NCBI GenBank assembly: GCA_963662405.2
Contig: CAXXKT010000001.1
Location: forward strand, 2,208,001 to 2,272,000
DNA length: 64,000 nucleotides
Source: Syntrophales bacterium
Lineage (GTDB): Bacteria > Desulfobacterota > Syntrophia > Syntrophales > UBA2210
Reading direction: 5' to 3'
The notes under the pieces were generated by a model, which saw only the letters and a list, made by a program, of their open reading frames with translations, made no database searches and was not told where the DNA came from. The position numbers were made by a program, and so were the translations under genes. Shown piece after piece: positions 1-9,939 of the stretch. The first letter of the stretch is position 1. Each line of letters begins with the position of its first letter.

Positions 1-105
1 ACGATATCATTTCCGGTTCCGGTCGTTTGTGCTGTATAATTCACTATTGACAATCCGGGCCTCAGGAAGTAAAAGCACAGATCATGTGTTAGGAGAGAAT
101 TTCGG

Positions 106-834
<729 letters not shown>

Positions 835-899
835 CATTTGCCGGCTCCCCCCTCAGGGGGAGCGTTTTTTTAGTTTACTTTAACAAGGGAGGTTGTCCG

Positions 900-1745
900 A
901 TGCAAAAGAGAATATGGAGAGCGGTATTGGTGGTGGCTGTGGCCTTTTTGCTTGTGCCCTCGTTCTGCTTTGCGGGAGCTACGTATGACAAGGTTATGGA
1001 AACGGGTATCGTGAAGGCCGGCTTGATGTACAACAGTATCCCCGCGGCATATTTCAACGACAAAAATGAATGGGTTGGGTTTGACGTTGATATCGCGTCG
1101 GAGGTGATCAAGCGGATCGGCCAGTCCGTGGGGAAAGAACTCAAGATGGAGAAGATCAAGCTGAACAACAAGACGCGGATCTCCTTCCTGACCTCGGGGC
1201 GGATCGACATGAGTACCGCGAATATGACCCATAAGCGCGAACGGGACAAGACCATCGATTTTTCCATTACCTACTTCTTCGACGGGGAAAAGATCCTGGC
1301 GAAAAAGGGCAAGTTTAAGGGCCATCAGGACTTCGTGGGCAAGAAAATCGCCTCCATGCAGGGTACCACCAGCGAGAAGAACGCCATCAATCTTCTGAAA
1401 TCTCTGGGCGACACGGACCCGAAGGTTATCAGCTTCCAGGACGAGCCCTCTTGCTTCCTGGCCCTGCAGCAGGGCAAGGTTGCCGGCTGGGCGACCGACA
1501 GTACGATCCTGATCGGATACGCCGCCAAGGAACCGGGCAAGTATGAACTGGTCGGCGACTTCTTCAGCGACGAGCCGTACGGTATCGGACTCCCCGAGAA
1601 CGACAGCGACTGGCGTGACGCCGTCAACTTCGCGATCCAGGATATGTGGAAGGACGGGACCTATATGAAGATATACAACAAGTGGTATGGTGCCGATACC
1701 CCCTACTACTTCCCGATGACCGAGAAGATCGAGATGTGGCCCTAA
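900..1745 (+). CDS. Amino-acid ABC transporter substrate-binding protein (family 3)
   Basis: Signal peptide, GFDVDIA, TITYFFDG-like and EPYGIG motifs; operon context. Confidence 0.9.
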   Translation: MQKRIWRAVLVVAVAFLLVPSFCFAGATYDKVMETGIVKAGLMYNSIPAAYFNDKNEWVGFDVDIASEVIKRIGQSVGKELKMEKIKLNNKTRISFLTSGRIDMSTANMTHKRERDKTIDFSITYFFDGEKILAKKGKFKGHQDFVGKKIASMQGTTSEKNAINLLKSLGDTDPKVISFQDEPSCFLALQQGKVAGWATDSTILIGYAAKEPGKYELVGDFFSDEPYGIGLPENDSDWRDAVNFAIQDMWKDGTYMKIYNKWYGADTPYYFPMTEKIEMWP

Positions 1746-1767
1746 GGCATGATGATTTGAACAACAG

Positions 1768-1808
1768 GAACTGCGGCCCGGGTGAGATCAGCCCGGCCGC
1801 AGTTTTTG
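1768..1808 (+). terminator. Intrinsic terminator/stabilising hairpin after the SBP gene
   Basis: AACTGCGGCC...GGCCGCAGTT inverted repeat followed by a T tract. Confidence 0.6.
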
Positions 1809-1834
1809 TGCGATGACCCTGGTAGAAAGCGGAT

Positions 1835-3640
1835 ATGATAATGACTGAATCGTGGAAACGTCCGGCGCAGCAGTTTGGGGTGGTGGCCGGACTTGCCCTC
1901 GTCATATACCTCTTCTTTGCGCACGTCGACTTCGGGTACCAGTTCCACTGGGCCGTCCTCTGGGAACTCAACCCCACGTACGAGGAGGTCTTTGGTATCT
2001 GGCTGTTGCGTGGCCTCCTGCTGACGATAGAGATCACCCTGATCAGCACCGTTGTATCCCTTCTGCTGGGGACCTTTTTCGGGATTGCCCGTCTTTCTTC
2101 GTTTAAACCGCTTTACTGGTTTGCCACGGTCTACGTGGAATTTTTTCGCAACACGCCGCTCCTGGTGCAGCTCTTCTTCTGGTACTTCGCGTTTCCCCTG
2201 GGATTGCCGGACGCGTTCCGCGAATTCCTGTACGACCACAACTACGAGCTGATAGCCGCCACCGGTGGCCTCAGCATCTATACCGCCGCCTTCATCGCGG
2301 AGATCGTCCGGGCGGGGATTCAGGCCATCCCGAAGGGACACCTGGAGGCCGCCGCGGCGTCCGGTCTGAGCCGGATCCAGGCCCTGCGCTTTGTCATCCT
2401 CCCCCAGGCCTTCCGTATCATCATGCCCCCCCTGGGGAGTGAGCTCTTGAACAACATGAAGAACTCCTCGCTTGCCATGACTATCGGCGTGGCGGACCTC
2501 TGCTGGCAGGCGCAACAGATCGAGTCCTTCACCTTCCGGGGATTCGAGGCGACCACGGCGGCGACGGTGATCTACCTCTCGCTCTCACTCATCATCAGCA
2601 TGCTGATGAACAGCGTCAATCATCACCTGGAGATCGGAAAGAAAAAGGACCTGGGTCTCCTGGACCGCGTGCTGGGTGCCGCCGTACAGCCGTTCTTCCT
2701 GCTGGTGAGGCTGTCTGTCACCGGCCTGCAGGGGGCGTGGAAGATCCTGGCGCCGGAGAGGAAAAAGCCTCTGGAGGTTGAGGCCACCTATATGTCCACG
2801 GGGACCGCGTGGCTGGAGCGTCTGATACGTATTTTCTCTGTGACGGGCAAAGGCCTGTTCCTCCTGATCCTGCTGGGTATTCTCGTCGCGGTCGGGTACG
2901 GACTGTACGGTTTCAACTGGGACGTCATATTCGGTAACTTCCGCGCGCTTCTGATCTGGACCTTCCCCAACGGATTGGGGGGCGAGATATTCTACGGTCT
3001 TGGCGGTCTGAGCCTCAGCATCGTTCTGGCCTTCATCGGCCTGACGGCCAGTTTTGCCATCGGCCTCGCGGCAGGGTTGGGGCGCCTGAGCAAAAACTCC
3101 CTGATCAGTACCCCGAGCATCCTATACATCGAACTGATACGCGGAAACCCGCTCATCATGGTGATCTTCTGGGTCTATTTCTTCTCTCCCATTATCACCG
3201 GGATGCAGATGGATGTCTTCTGGAGCGCCACGATCGCCTTCACCATCTTCTCCGGTGCTTACCTGGCGGAGATCGTGCGGGCCGGTGTGAAGGCCATCCC
3301 GCCGGGACAGATGGAGGCGGCGATGGCCTCCGGCCTGAACTACTTCAAGGCGATGCGCTTCGTCATCCTCCCGCAGGCCCTCAAGATGATGATCCCCGCC
3401 ATCGTGGGGCAGTTCATCGCCCTCTTCAAGGACACCTCGCTGGCGTATATCATCGGGGTCTTCGAGCTGACCACCGTGGCCCAGACCGTCAACAACCGAC
3501 TCATGATCTATCCCTTCGAGATCTACACGGCGATTGCTGTTCTCTACTTCATCTGCTGTTACAGCATGAGCATGTTTGCCCGCAGTCTCGAACGCAAGTA
3601 TACCCCCGAGGCCCGCATCGAGATGCCGGCCATGGCGTAG
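1835..3640 (+). CDS. Amino-acid ABC permease, two HisM/HisQ-type domains fused
   Basis: Two copies of the (R)N/GTP/NPL and EIVRAG.QAIP.G..EAA.ASGL motifs in one 601-aa ORF. Confidence 0.9.
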   Translation: MIMTESWKRPAQQFGVVAGLALVIYLFFAHVDFGYQFHWAVLWELNPTYEEVFGIWLLRGLLLTIEITLISTVVSLLLGTFFGIARLSSFKPLYWFATVYVEFFRNTPLLVQLFFWYFAFPLGLPDAFREFLYDHNYELIAATGGLSIYTAAFIAEIVRAGIQAIPKGHLEAAAASGLSRIQALRFVILPQAFRIIMPPLGSELLNNMKNSSLAMTIGVADLCWQAQQIESFTFRGFEATTAATVIYLSLSLIISMLMNSVNHHLEIGKKKDLGLLDRVLGAAVQPFFLLVRLSVTGLQGAWKILAPERKKPLEVEATYMSTGTAWLERLIRIFSVTGKGLFLLILLGILVAVGYGLYGFNWDVIFGNFRALLIWTFPNGLGGEIFYGLGGLSLSIVLAFIGLTASFAIGLAAGLGRLSKNSLISTPSILYIELIRGNPLIMVIFWVYFFSPIITGMQMDVFWSATIAFTIFSGAYLAEIVRAGVKAIPPGQMEAAMASGLNYFKAMRFVILPQALKMMIPAIVGQFIALFKDTSLAYIIGVFELTTVAQTVNNRLMIYPFEIYTAIAVLYFICCYSMSMFARSLERKYTPEARIEMPAMA

Positions 3641-3684
3641 GAAGAGGGGGACTGCTTCCCCCCGTTCATTTTTCATGAAAAACC

Positions 3685-3712
3685 TTGACAAATTTTAAAA
3701 CATCTGTAGTAT
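3685..3712 (+). promoter_or_regulatory. Putative sigma70 promoter upstream of intI
   Basis: TTGACA-16 nt-TAGTAT. Confidence 0.5.
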
Positions 3713-3795
3713 CCGAGCGTTATATTCTTTCAAACATCATCCGTAACCGGGTTGTGCTTTTTACAGAAAAAAAGAGGGCCCCTATGAACTAACGC

Positions 3796-3832
3796 AAAAC
3801 CCCCGCTTCACCTACCGAGGCGGGGTTTTTTC
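3796..3832 (+). terminator. Intrinsic terminator upstream of intI
   Basis: AAAACCCCGCTTC...GAGGCGGGGTTTTTT. Confidence 0.7.
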
Positions 3833-3905
3833 GTTTAATCACTTCCGACGCACGGGATTACCTCCTTAATGTTTTTCCCGTGAATTGAAACGTAAGGAAG
3901 TGAAA

Positions 3906-4937
3906 ATGGGAACAACCATAAAACAAGGCACAGGTTTCAGGAATTTCAAATCCGGACGATTTGCTGGCGAATCCGGTACGCAGCCGAAACTACTCGATCG
4001 CCTGCGTCTTGCCATGCGCTCGCGGCATTACAGCAGACGAACGGAGCAGACTTACAGCTATTGGGTTAAGAAGTACATATATTTCCATAATGTGAGACAT
4101 CCCGATGAGATGGGGGAGAAAGAGATCAATGCGTTTCTGACCCACCTGGCGGTAGAGGAAAGGGTGAATGCTTCCACACAGAATCAGGCCCTGTGCGCGC
4201 TTCTGTTCCTTTATCGTCACGTTATTGGCCGCGAGATTGGCGATCTCGGTGATGTCATTCGGGCGAAAAAACCGGTTCGCCTGCCCGTTGTCATGACACG
4301 CGATGAAGTAAAAGCGGTGTTGGAAAACCTGACGGGAGACAAATGGTTGATAGTATGTCTCATGTACGGTGCGGGGCTGAGATTGATGGAATGTCTTCGT
4401 CTGAGGGTGCAGGATATTGATTTTCATTCAAACCAAATTACGGTCCGTGATGGCAAAGGAAATAAAGATCGTGTTACGATGTTTCCAGCTTCGGTGAAAA
4501 AGCCTCTTGCCGAACACCTGAACAACATTAAAACAGTTCATGATTCAGATATTGCCAATGGTTTTGGCCGAGTTGTGATGCCCGATGCCCTAGCCCGTAA
4601 ATACCCGAATGCGTCGAAAGAATGGCGTTGGCAGTGGCTATTCCCTCAAGGCAATTTATGGCACAACCAGCAAACCGGAGAACGAGGCCGACATCATATT
4701 CATGAATCTATTGTTCAAAAAACAGTAAAAGATGCCGTTACAAAAGCAGGGCTGGTGAAAAGGGCGACATGCCATACGTTCAGACACTCATTTGCTACGC
4801 ACCTGCTTGAAGACGGTTATGATATACGGACGGTTCAGGAACTTCTTGGACACAAGGATTTGAAAACAACGATGATCTATACCCATGTGCTCAATAAAGG
4901 GCTCGCAGCGGTCAGAAGCCCTGCCGACAACCTTTAG
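3906..4937 (+). CDS. intI: Integron integrase
   Basis: Tyrosine recombinase motifs ([23 protein letters not shown]...TMIYTH), N-terminal [14 protein letters not shown], and the IntI-specific insertion [24 protein letters not shown]; attC array downstream. Confidence 0.97.
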   Translation: MGTTIKQGTGFRNFKSGRFAGESGTQPKLLDRLRLAMRSRHYSRRTEQTYSYWVKKYIYFHNVRHPDEMGEKEINAFLTHLAVEERVNASTQNQALCALLFLYRHVIGREIGDLGDVIRAKKPVRLPVVMTRDEVKAVLENLTGDKWLIVCLMYGAGLRLMECLRLRVQDIDFHSNQITVRDGKGNKDRVTMFPASVKKPLAEHLNNIKTVHDSDIANGFGRVVMPDALARKYPNASKEWRWQWLFPQGNLWHNQQTGERGRHHIHESIVQKTVKDAVTKAGLVKRATCHTFRHSFATHLLEDGYDIRTVQELLGHKDLKTTMIYTHVLNKGLAAVRSPADNL

Positions 4938-5037
4938 TATACCGGTTGGGATATTATATAGAGAGCTGGTCGGGCAAATTTGGACAGGTGCATAAGTGGG
5001 AAAGTTGCTCTATAGTGGACGTAAGGAGGAAAGAGAT

Positions 5038-5340
5038 ATGAGCAAGAGACCGCGGAGGAACCATGCACCGTCCTTCAAGGCGAAGGTGGCATTGGAGGCA
5101 CTGAAAGGGGACCAGACGATCGTTGAGCTTGCCGAGCGGTATCAGGTACACCCGAACCAGATCACCACATGGAAGAAGCAGTTGATGGATCACGCATCGG
5201 ACGTATTTGGCAAGGGTCATAAGGACAACCAGGGTCCGGATGTAAAAGAACTTCACGCCAAGATCGGACAGTTATCGATGGAGAATGATTTTTTATCACA
5301 TGCGCTCGGTCGCATCAACGGAACGAGCGCAAAGCGATGA
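5038..5340 (+). CDS. IS3 transposase OrfA (HTH)
   Basis: RRNHAPSFKAKVALEALKG...LHAKIGQLSMENDFL. Confidence 0.9.
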   Translation: MSKRPRRNHAPSFKAKVALEALKGDQTIVELAERYQVHPNQITTWKKQLMDHASDVFGKGHKDNQGPDVKELHAKIGQLSMENDFLSHALGRINGTSAKR

Positions 5341-6167
5341 TCAAGAGAGAAAAGAGTGTGCCCATAACCCGTCAATGCGAACTCTTGGAGCTGTCCCGAT
5401 CGAGTGTTTATTACTCTCCGGTTCCGGTCAGCGCGAAGGATCTGGAGCTGATGCGTCAGATTGATGAGATTCATCTTCAGTATCCCTTCTATGGGAGTCG
5501 GAAGATTCGCAATGAGCTGTGGCAGAGAGGGTATGATATCGGACGTGATAAGGTACGTCGGTTGATGCGTCGCATGGGGATCGAGGCGTTGTACATCAAG
5601 CCGAGATTATCGATAAAGCATCCCCAGCACCCGATATATCCGTATCTGTTACGGGGACTTGATATCATCCGTCCCAACCACGTATGGTCTGCCGATATCA
5701 CGTATATTCCCATGGAACGAGGGTTCTGTTATCTGGTAGCCGTTATGGACTGGGCGAGTCGGATGGTCCTCTCCTGGCGGTTGTCGAATACGTTGGACAG
5801 TGCGTTTTGTGTGGATGCGCTTGAAGAAGCACTCACCACGTATGGGCGCCCGGCTATCTTCAATACCGATCAGGGCAGTCAGTTTACCTCACAGGCATTC
5901 ATCGATGTCCTTCGCTCTCATGATATCTCTATCAGCATGGACGGTCAGGGGCGATGGATGGACAATGTCTTCATCGAACGGCTCTGGAAGAGCGTCAAGT
6001 ACGAAGATATCTATCTGAAGGCATACGGTTCAATGAAAGAGTTGAAGAAGGGGCTTACCGACTATTTTCAGTTCTACAACGAGAAACGGTGGCACAATAC
6101 TTTTGACAGAAAGACACCGGCTATGGTTTATTTTGAATCACTACCACAGGGACAGGCTGCGGCATGA
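5337..6167 (+). CDS. IS3 transposase OrfB (DDE)
   Basis: WSADITY, NTDQGSQFTS, DNVFIERLWKSVKYE; ATGA overlap with orfA. Confidence 0.93.
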   Translation: MIKREKSVPITRQCELLELSRSSVYYSPVPVSAKDLELMRQIDEIHLQYPFYGSRKIRNELWQRGYDIGRDKVRRLMRRMGIEALYIKPRLSIKHPQHPIYPYLLRGLDIIRPNHVWSADITYIPMERGFCYLVAVMDWASRMVLSWRLSNTLDSAFCVDALEEALTTYGRPAIFNTDQGSQFTSQAFIDVLRSHDISISMDGQGRWMDNVFIERLWKSVKYEDIYLKAYGSMKELKKGLTDYFQFYNEKRWHNTFDRKTPAMVYFESLPQGQAAA

Positions 6168-6366
6168 ACACAAACCCAGGGCAACTTCCCACTTATAAAT
6201 CCCTGTTACCTGTCCAAAGAAACCGGACCACCTCTTAGATCTGCATAACATCCCAACCGAGTGAAAGAAAAATGGGATGATAACGATTGAATGTTCAGTG
6301 ACTATGTCTAAAATGTAAGCTGTTTTCGAGGGGTGTTATGCCGCACTTTTTGCGGTGTTTGCGATA

Positions 6367-6397
6367 TTATACGAGATCCGTATAAACATTGTTCAGG
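6367..6397 (+). other. Probable attI site (crossover G|TT at 6391)
   Basis: TATAAAC-ATT-GTTCAGG precedes the first cassette; no attC stem upstream; palindrome TTATACGAGATCCGTATAA adjacent. Confidence 0.6.
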
Positions 6398-6530
6398 GGG
6401 CGCTCCACGATAAGACCGCTCCACACCCCCTGAACATGCGGCGGCTGCCCTGAGCTGGTTCGCTCGGCGCGCAGCGCCTCCCGAACCAGCGGATGGACTT
6501 GTCCCCTGCGGGGCAGGTCATCCGCCGCAT
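6391..6530 (+). repeat. 140-bp ORF-less mini-cassette, copy 1 (at attI)
   Basis: GTTCAGGGGG...CCCCCTGAAC-ATGCGGCGG...CCGCCGCAT|GTT; 1 nt different from copy 3. Confidence 0.95.
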
Positions 6531-6533
6531 GTT

Positions 6534-7562
6534 GTGTGCCATATTAATATTTTGGAGTTTACTGTGGGGCAATTAGAAAATTATTCAGATTTACAAGAAA
6601 AAAATAAGCAATTTTCTCGTAAACAGGAATTTTCAATCATTGATACTATAGAAGAATTTGATAAGTGGTATAAAACTCTTAAGGAGAGTTCTTCGAAAGT
6701 ATCTTCAAAATCAAAAATCTCATCGGTAAATACAAATAAAATGTACAGAGGGATGAGTGAGTCAAAATACAAATTACTTACTTCTTCTCAAAGATTTTGG
6801 ATTTTAAATGAACTGGAACAATGGTGGCGACCCAAAAGATATTTAGAATTTATAGAAACTTTCGTTGATAACGCACGGAAAAAGTTATTATTCAATAAAG
6901 TGTTCGAATACTACAAACTGAAGCCCAACCAAAGAGATTTCCCAATATTAAGTATACTTCAGCATTATGGTGCACCGACTCCACTAATGGATTGGAGTTA
7001 TAATGTAGATGTAGCTCTGTATTTTGCCACTGAAGGGGTAAAGCCTTCTTCATCCAAAGATATAGAACTTTATTTTTCGATTTACGAAATAGATAAAAAC
7101 AAACAAATTAAGAATGAATTTAACAACTTATTAAATTGGCATAAGGGCAGCTTTCCAAAAATAAGTTCATTTTTTGGTTGGGAAGATAATCAAAATTCAA
7201 TTTTTTATATATCAGATTTTGAGGACAAACCTGAAAATCCACGGAGCTTTGTTGATGAAAGACCTATAACGACCTTCTATAATCAGAATATTATACCTCA
7301 AGAAGGGCTTTTTATTTTCAACCCTTTTCCTAAGAAGCCTTTAGAGAATTGTTTTAATACTGATCATGACGCAGATGGAAATAACTTGGATTTAATACCT
7401 TTTAGTTGTTTTAATATTAATAAAGACTTATCTGAATATATAAGACGAAAAATTAAACTCAAAGGTATTGATAACGCATTTATTTATCCTGATTTGAGAG
7501 TTTATTGTAATGGATTGATCGAAGAATTTTTAGACCAAGCAGCCGAGGCACACAACAAATAA
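6534..7562 (+). CDS. FRG-domain protein (cassette; start may be the GTG at 6562)
   Basis: MYRG...LQHYGAPTPLMDWSYNVDVALYFA...QEGLF. Confidence 0.85.
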   Translation: MCHINILEFTVGQLENYSDLQEKNKQFSRKQEFSIIDTIEEFDKWYKTLKESSSKVSSKSKISSVNTNKMYRGMSESKYKLLTSSQRFWILNELEQWWRPKRYLEFIETFVDNARKKLLFNKVFEYYKLKPNQRDFPILSILQHYGAPTPLMDWSYNVDVALYFATEGVKPSSSKDIELYFSIYEIDKNKQIKNEFNNLLNWHKGSFPKISSFFGWEDNQNSIFYISDFEDKPENPRSFVDERPITTFYNQNIIPQEGLFIFNPFPKKPLENCFNTDHDADGNNLDLIPFSCFNINKDLSEYIRRKIKLKGIDNAFIYPDLRVYCNGLIEEFLDQAAEAHNK

Positions 7563-7631
7563 ATGCAGGGGACGCAAAAAGCCGCGCCCCTGATTTTAGC
7601 GTTCGATGTATGATGATTATGGGGGCTGATC

Positions 7632-8393
7632 ATGGGTTTTGACAAATCCGAAATAGCACAACTTCTTGCAGATTGTGGCCGAAGGTGTTGCATCTGCGGC
7701 AGATTGCACAAAGTCCAGGTTCATCACATTGTCCCGGGCGATGATGATATAAGCAATGGTATTCCTCTTTGCCCAAATTGTCATGATGAGGCCCACACTG
7801 AGTACTCTACAGGTAGAACAACTCGAACATATACGCATGAAGAATTGAAGCTTCATCGCAAGAGAACAATTGAACAAGTGAAGCGAGAAGCAAAGTGGAA
7901 ACCAGGTGGTGCTGATTGGCGCAAAGACAAAAAGTTGGTAGCGTTTTTCGCACAATGTTTAGATCGACCTGCTTTCCGTACATACTTCCATCAGGAACTT
8001 AGTTTTTCTGCGTTCGATCAAGCAATGGAAGACACTATTGTAGCCCTAAACACGGGATATTGGAAAATGAGGGATGGCACTTTGATTAAAAGAGCAGAAG
8101 GAAAAGCTTGTGTCGTCAATCCATTGTGGCGTGGAAAGCTTGAACAAATTACTAATCTCATCGAAGATGTTCGGCGAAAGTTTGCAGACCTATTTGGATT
8201 TAACGAAATGCTTTTCCATTTGCGTGGGCCACGCCATTTACACAATCAAGAGTTGGAAGCTTATATGGAAGGTTTTCGAGGAAATAGAGACCTTGGTCAA
8301 TGGATGGATAAGAAACGTCAGGAAGCAATTGACGTCATGAACTCGATTCTTGAAGAGGTAGGAATGCAACCTCTCCGAGGGCTTCGAGAGTAA
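7632..8393 (+). CDS. HNH endonuclease-domain protein (cassette)
   Basis: CCIC...VHHIVP...NGIPLCPNCHDEAH. Confidence 0.85.
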   Translation: MGFDKSEIAQLLADCGRRCCICGRLHKVQVHHIVPGDDDISNGIPLCPNCHDEAHTEYSTGRTTRTYTHEELKLHRKRTIEQVKREAKWKPGGADWRKDKKLVAFFAQCLDRPAFRTYFHQELSFSAFDQAMEDTIVALNTGYWKMRDGTLIKRAEGKACVVNPLWRGKLEQITNLIEDVRRKFADLFGFNEMLFHLRGPRHLHNQELEAYMEGFRGNRDLGQWMDKKRQEAIDVMNSILEEVGMQPLRGLRE

Positions 8394-8448
8394 AAAACAT
8401 CGAACAAATTAATCCAGCGGACGGCTTACAGCCGCCGCTGATCATTGC

Positions 8449-8588
8449 GTTCAGGGGGCGCTCCGCGATAAGACCGCTCCACACCCCCTGAACATGCGGC
8501 GGCTGCCCTGAGCTGGTTCGCTCGGCGCGCAGCGCCTCCCGAACCAGCGGATGGACTTGTCCCCTGCGGGGGAGGTCATCCGCCGCAT
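8449..8588 (+). repeat. 140-bp ORF-less mini-cassette, copy 2
   Basis: Near-identical to copies 1 and 3; begins at the GTT of the HNH cassette attC. Confidence 0.95.
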
Positions 8589-8632
8589 GTTCGGCTACAA
8601 AAAGGAGGAATGATAAAAAGTCTTCATGAGCT

Positions 8633-8790
8633 GTGAATTGGGATACACTGTTTGAAACTTTATAGTTTTGGGCAGCAAGGCTACTGTTCGACATGTTTAC
8701 TGGTCTTCGAGACCGCAAAGGAGAATGAAGAGCTGTAGCCGCAACATTCAATGATCTTCGAGATCGAATAGGAGATTGGGACCAATTCAC
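8633..8790 (+). ncRNA. Putative bridge/seek RNA of the IS110 element
   Basis: Closing stem GTGAATTGG/CCAATTCAC; two TTCGA-capped hairpins flanked by segments matching the target (AAAGGAG) and donor (CATTC, ATAGGAG). Confidence 0.7.
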
Positions 8791-8826
8791 CTGACAGGCG
8801 CTGTCCAAGATGTGAGGAGGCGTTCT

Positions 8827-9939
8827 ATGAAGATGAGTATCGGGGTTGACCTTCACAAGACGCAGTTTACCGTTTGTTGTTTGAGTGAAGATCGGAGTGT
8901 TCAGGAGTCGGGCATCTACCCGACGACTGATCGAGGTTACCGGGCATTTATCATGAAGGTGTCCAACTGGAATGAGGGCGGTTACGAGGTCACGGCAGCG
9001 GTGGAATCAACAGGGAACACCCGACACTTTCGCAACCGGTTTTTGAAGGCGGGGATTGAGGTCAAGATAGTGAACACCTTGAAATTCAAGGTTGTAAATG
9101 AGTCAGTAAAAAAGACTGACAAGCATGATTCCCGCACATTGGCTGAGTTTCTTGAGAAAGATATGCTTCCCGAGTCCATTCTTTGTTCGCAGGAAAGCGA
9201 GGACATTCGAAGGCTTCTCAAGTCACGTTCTGTTCTGGTGAAAGCTTTGGTATCCTTGAAAAACCAGATACACGGTTTATTGCTTGGATATGGGATAGAG
9301 AGTCGGCGGGGACAGCTGCAGAGCAAAAAAGAAAGGCAGCGAATCCTTGACGGTCTCGCGGACCATAGGAGTTACGGAAACGCTGCCCGAGCGGTAAAAC
9401 CGCTTCTTGGTACAATAGACCAAATTGCATCCGAGGTCAAAGGACTTGAGCGCGTATTATCTGATCTTGTTTCTGAAGACGAGGATGTTGCTCTGTTGCA
9501 AACGATTCCTGGCGTTGGAATAATAACAGCAGCGACGATTCGGGCTTATACCGATGACATCAACCGATATGAGAGCGCCAAGCAGTATGCTGCTCATGCC
9601 GGTTTGGTACCATGGGTTCAAAACTCCAACAAGACCATTCGCCATGGTCATATTACCAAGCGAGGCCCCGTGGAACTGAGGACGGCTTTTGTGCAAATGG
9701 TAATGGGGATGCTACGGCTTCGGAATAAAACCGATGGATATTGGCTTATGTACAAATACAAAGCCATGAAAGAGAACAAGGGAACCGGGAAGAGCGTAAT
9801 AGCGACGGCGCGAAAGATGAGCACTATTGTATATGCCATCTTGAAGAAGGGGGAGCCGTTTGATCCATCGAAAATGCTGCCAGACCCGAAATATGTAGAG
9901 ATGAGTAAGGTTGCGAGGTGTTATGCTTTGGCCGTTTAA
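8827..9939 (+). CDS. IS110-family DEDD recombinase/transposase
   Basis: IGVDLHK, VEST, KTDKHDS, TIPGVG, GLVP..QNS, GHITKRG. Confidence 0.95.
   Translation: MKMSIGVDLHKTQFTVCCLSEDRSVQESGIYPTTDRGYRAFIMKVSNWNEGGYEVTAAVESTGNTRHFRNRFLKAGIEVKIVNTLKFKVVNESVKKTDKHDSRTLAEFLEKDMLPESILCSQESEDIRRLLKSRSVLVKALVSLKNQIHGLLLGYGIESRRGQLQSKKERQRILDGLADHRSYGNAARAVKPLLGTIDQIASEVKGLERVLSDLVSEDEDVALLQTIPGVGIITAATIRAYTDDINRYESAKQYAAHAGLVPWVQNSNKTIRHGHITKRGPVELRTAFVQMVMGMLRLRNKTDGYWLMYKYKAMKENKGTGKSVIATARKMSTIVYAILKKGEPFDPSKMLPDPKYVEMSKVARCYALAV

Larger units (their letters stand above)
4962..6235 (+). mobile_element. IS3-family insertion sequence
   Basis: Imperfect terminal IRs AGAGCTGGTCGGGCAAATTTGGACAGG / CCTGTCCAAAGAAACCGGACCACCTCT; 3-bp TAG duplication (4959-4961, 6236-6238); orfA and orfB. 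Confidence 0.92.

Noticed and set aside
6391..6530. Repeat as a group IIC-attC intron remnant, hammerhead ribozyme, tRNA or REP
   Set aside because: I found no domain V/VI, CUGAUGA/GAAA core, T-loop or GTAG-type REP motif on either strand by eye; an Rfam search is still needed.
6391..6530. Repeat as a VCR-like standard attC of the array
   Set aside because: Gene cassettes have their own distinct attCs and the repeat follows them as an additional unit.
8776..8826. ORF-track upstream start for the IS110 recombinase
   Set aside because: GAGGAGG RBS precedes the ATG at 8827, and the upstream part overlaps the putative RNA stem.
8335..8856. Minus-strand ORFs crossing the repeat (also 10684-10920, 16942-17211, 22305-22653)
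   Set aside because: Frames, starts and stops differ between copies and indels are tolerated; these are stop-poor GC-rich shadows.
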